From: Felis catus
Lineage: Eukaryota
Assembly: GCF_018350175.1 (NCBI RefSeq)
Contig: NC_058368.1
Coordinates: 57,910,001-57,974,000 of the forward strand
Length of the DNA stretch: 64,000 nucleotides
Direction: 5' to 3'
In this document: piece by piece, positions 63,062-64,000 of the stretch
How positions within the stretch are numbered: the first letter of the stretch is position 1
Layout of the letters: the number at the start of each line of letters is the position of its first letter
Position numbers and translations under genes: made by a program
Notes under the pieces: model-generated
Databases searched by the model: none
Told to the model about the DNA's origin: nothing
Seen by the model: only the letters and a program-made list of their open reading frames with translations

Positions 63062-64000
63062 AAGAAATCTGACCAAAAAAATTGGCTTACACCTGAAGGT
63101 ATCTGTGAAGGTCAATGTATCTGAGAGAAGCTAGGCCGTGACAATATCAGCAAATTTACTGAATATTTACAATGTTCTAGCTAGCTACCCACACACTCTA
63201 CATATTTAACTCATTTCACCTTTATTTTGGAAAGAAATGTAAGCAAAGATGAGTTTATAAATTCTTCAAACCAGTCACAAATTTACTAGTTGTTCAGGAT
63301 TGGATTAACATCTGACCTCTAATGGATGTATATGTATGTATATATGTTGCAGTAGTTGTCTTTCAATGGGAATACGGTGACCAGTTCTAAAAACACTATT
63401 ATCCAGGTTGAAGATGGTACTACTTTCCTATTTCTTCACACTCCCCTACCATCACTCTTCTCAGTCCCTTCTTTCCTGATTTTATTTTGTCTTTTCAGTT
63501 CATTCTAGGTAGAGCAGCAATTAAAAATGTAGCACAGGGATATAATCTTCCAATTTCTGTTTTTAGAGTAACTGGGACTGTGAAAGTTTTCACTTTAATG
63601 AATACTTTAGTGGAAGTCATAATGGAAAGAAATAAAAACAAAAGTTCTATAAAGACACTGATTTCTACCAATAAAGAAAAATGTGGCAGGAAATAACAGG
63701 ACATTGCCATTCTCTATATTGTCGATATCTAAATAGGGAGCAAAGTTTAAGTAAAAACAAGGCCAGTCTTTGTCATGTGTTCAATATGTCAAACTGCCAT
63801 TACCTTTAGGATTTTGAAGTTCAGACTGGTAACAACCTACTCTCTATTTAGGTAATTTAGTCCTTGTGAAAGGAAGATTGGCAGAAAGGGAAGAAAGTGA
63901 AGTGCTCTGTTTATCCAAAGAAAAATAGATCCTGGGCACTGAGTGCACAATCCGCTATCATGTTATCCTGAACAAGACACTTTTCTTTATACATAAAAAG

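Noticed and set aside
1..64000. Novel prokaryotic-type system (CRISPR, retron, defence island)
   Set aside because: Sequence is mammalian; no operons or repeat-spacer arrays. The only enzyme-like ORFs are decayed L1 ORF2 pieces.

Overview
AT-rich, CpG-depleted mammalian nuclear DNA, almost certainly from a felid (cat family): it carries about 31 carnivore tRNA-derived Can-SINEs, many with the felid-type SINEC_Fc body. I can support no host protein-coding gene, RNA gene, CRISPR array or prokaryotic feature. The window looks intergenic or deep-intronic. It holds two large 5'-truncated, disabled LINE-1 copies (32521-36666 and about 49450-53315), short L1 3' ends, several MaLR/ERVL solo LTRs (MLT1/MLT2-like), two Tigger-type DNA transposon fossils (MER44-like and MER82-like), L2/MIR remnants and many microsatellites. 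The ORF track is explained by L1 ORF2 fragments, repeat read-through and chance ORFs. I found no convincing novel biological system. The most notable observations are mutational scars: a 26-bp templated insertion plus triplication in L1 #1, an inverted 100-bp L1 segment inside a (TA)n array in L1 #2, a tailless SINE with intact TSDs, and multi-level nested insertions. There are also a few candidate regulatory patches (NFI half-site cluster, CpG-retaining patch with E-box, CTCF-like motif) and weak exon candidates. Repeat subfamily names come from recalled consensus similarity, not a database search, and boundaries of ancient repeats are approximate.
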